Shown here: positions 60,908 through 64,000 of the stretch, piece by piece
Layout: each line of letters starts with the position of its first letter
Position numbering within the stretch: position 1 is the first letter of the stretch
Made by a program: the position numbers and the translations under genes
Notes under the pieces: generated by a model
The model's input: only the letters and a program-made list of their open reading frames with translations
Told to the model about the DNA's origin: nothing
Database searches by the model: none
Assembly: GCF_009914755.1 (NCBI RefSeq)
Contig: NC_060944.1
Direction: 5' to 3' (one strand)
From: the human T2T-CHM13v2.0 reference genome, Homo sapiens
Length of the DNA: 64,000 nt

Positions 60908-63158
60908 CTGTGCCAAGGAGAGAGGAGGATGTCACCAAAAGTCATGACAAAATCCCTTACATTTACAGAATAAAAATAACACCTGATACTTACATAACAC
61001 CCGCGCCGGCACTGCTGTAAGGTACTTTACATGGATTTGCTCATTTCATTCTCACAACATCAACAACAACCCTATGAAGTAGGTACGATTCTCATCATCC
61101 TCATTATGCAAAGCAGAAAGTGAGGCATAGAGAGGGTACGTGGCTTGCCCAAGCCCACACAGTTCCTAAGCAGCAAATCTAGGAATCATTCCCGGGTAGG
61201 GTGATGTATCACAGCTCCAGGGTCTACTCAGCCTGTTGTGAATATTTATTAAGTTCCAGGACCCAGGAATGCTTTGTACATGAGCACAGCTGATCTCCAG
61301 AGCAGCCCACAGGATCAAGCCCTACTATCACCCACACTTTACAGAAGGGGAGGCTGAGCAGGTAAACAGCCCTATGGGACTCAAGCCCAGCTGTGGCCAC
61401 AGCTCTGTGGCCACACTTCTAAACAGCTCGGAATCCTCACCTCTGTAGGCATGCACGCTGCTAACCAAAGTGCCGTAGGTATGGAAACACATACGGAAAA
61501 AGAGCCTCTGAAGTGTCTACGGGGGCTGGGATGGCAGAAAAGGCTTCACTTCTTATATTACATGTTTCGGTATTTGGGGAAATTTTTGAAAAGAGCATGG
61601 TGACAGATTATTTTTGCAATTAGACAAAAGCAATGAAGATATTTACAAACCCTCGCGGAAATGTCTGCTTCCTGCTTTGGAAAATATTAGCTGCTGGTAA
61701 TGATGAATAGGCTGGGGAGATCCAATCAGGCTTGAAGCTCTGTTAGCTCCATCTCTGGACCTCTATGGGCTAACAGAGGAAACACGGTCTCCAAGCTGAT
61801 ATCCATTCATATAAAGCTGAAGGAAGGCCAGAGACAAATGCTGCCTGAAAGCTTTTAGAAAGCAGAAGAAAGCAAGGCAGAGATACCCTAGTCATTAGAA
61901 ATAGCATCAGACCAGGGCTAGCTCCCCAGAGCACCTTCAATGGACACAGAGAGAAAGCATGTAAGAAACACGTGCTTTCTCGGCACAGAGCTCAGAGCGC
62001 AGGTGATCCTGAGCGCCATGGCCACAGGAAGCCCCAGTTCGCCCTGGCTGCGCCGGAAAAGCCACTTTTCCAGTGACTTTTCACCCAGGCTGTGCCGCTG
62101 CTTAGGAAGGATGGTTGTAAAAATGTCAAGAATCTGTTGTTTATTTTCCAGACCAGTATCAGGAGCCCCTTCCTCTAAAAGGGTCATCCTAACCACAAAG
62201 TCTTCATCTCGACAAGAGCACTTTGGGAAAAATAAAAACACTGTGTTCTCTGACAGACTCATGTCCCGGTGCAATTCTAACTGGGACTTGCTCTCGGCCA
62301 TTTTCAGCACAGTGGACAGGGGTTAAAGGCATTTTCTTTAGCACAAAGAACAATGCCTCATCCTGGAATTCTTTTTCTACATCAATGTTAACAGTAACAT
62401 CCAGTTTTTGAAGAAGTCAGCTCATCCCGGCCAGCTTTTGTGTATGAGTCCAAGGACGGGCTGATTAATCTCCCAATCATTAAAGCCACAGCATTATCCT
62501 GTTCAATTGGTGAGTTAACATAAAAGTACAGATGTGGTCTGGTGAACCACAGCAGCTGTTTGGGTTTAGATCATTTTGATGAAAGTCACTTTCAGGCTCC
62601 CCTACTCACAATTGCAATAGATATTTAAAACATAAAATCACCCCCAAAAAACTGGGGTGTAGCCAGTGGACGGAAAATTCTCATGTACCCAAAGCAGCAC
62701 TACCTGATACATTGTACAAGGCAGACCGCCTTTCAAGTATGATTAAACATTCTCACAAATTAAAATATCACCTGATGTTTACATATTACCTTATTTCACT
62801 TCTACTAATCACGGTAAGGATGCCTTAGCACTGATGCCTTAAAAACGTCTCTGTTTTTCACAGTGGCCCTGTCCGAGGGCAAGGAGGGTCTCATCATCCC
62901 CGTTTTCCAGGTGGGAAGACCGAGGCCTAGAGTAGTAAAGTTATTTGCTCAAGGTCTCACAGATCCTTAATGGTATGGCCAGAAGGAGACGTGAGTTCCA
63001 GGATCTACTGTACCTACATTCTCACCACTCAACTGGGAGCATTTTCACCTCAATGCCCAAAAAGGAAGATTGACAATCAATAGCTTTTTAATACCAAAAA
63101 TATTTTCTTTCCCTCCTTTGGCCTCCTTTCTACTCCACACTTAATTGCTACAGACTGA

Positions 63159-63466
<308 letters not shown>

Positions 63467-64000
63467 TATGATGACAGATTTTGAAGAAGTTTGTGAGAGA
63501 GAAGGTGAGAAAATATATACTCTAGAATCCTTTTATGAAAAAGCAAGATGGGAACAAGATGTTAACTTCCAAGGGTATTCGTGATCATAATAATTAAACT
63601 CAGTTCCCCTACTAGGCTCTGCTGGAAGACAGAACCGTGATGCTGAGTCAATCTCAGTGCCAAGTGTCATGCTGACCCCTGCAAGTGGACACGGTCCCAG
63701 GCCCTCCATGACGAGTGTATCAAGAAGGTACTCAGATTGTGACTGCAGGCTTTGAGGTCCACCTGCCTGAGCTGACTGAATCCCTGCGGGACACCACAAA
63801 TTTCTCATCCATATTCAGCCTCAGCCTCCCCATCCGTAAAATGGGCTCAGGCTATTGTGAGGCTTATGTGAGACACTGCATTGTCAACACTTAGCCTGAT
63901 GCCTAAGGTACAGGAGGCACACAAGCAAAGTACATTCTTCTTTAGTGGTTGTTCTCTGATGGCCCTTACCTCTGCAAAAGGTGAAAAACCAGGGCCTGAA

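Overview
Human (primate) genomic DNA, Alu-, MIR-, L2- and MaLR-rich, with parts of two minus-strand genes. On the right are the last five coding exons of the P4-ATPase lipid flippase ATP9A (60907-51952, all GT-AG and phase-consistent) and its ~4.4 kb 3' UTR, ending near an AATAAA at 47532-47537. On the left are the distal CpG-island/TATA promoter and alternative first coding exon of NFATC2 (MQREAAFRLGHCHPLRIMGSVDQ, 13371-13302); positions 1-13301 are its first intron. The ~34 kb between the genes is intergenic. There are no prokaryotic systems, CRISPR arrays or RNA genes that I can support, and I found no new gene or biological system. The most unusual structure is three local templated duplications: (i) a direct-plus-inverted chimeric copy at 17966-18715; (ii) a ~400 bp inverted repeat bracketing a ~2 kb spacer at 41004-44266; (iii) an AluJ at 57150-57780 that holds a templated copy of nearby intron sequence, a fold-back palindrome and a copy of its own flank. 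Other candidates are a cryptic 5' UTR intron and leaky start codon in NFATC2, 3' UTR regulatory motifs in ATP9A, and an Alu-bracketed symmetric exon that could circularise. Repeat subfamily names are from recognition by eye, not from a RepeatMasker run.
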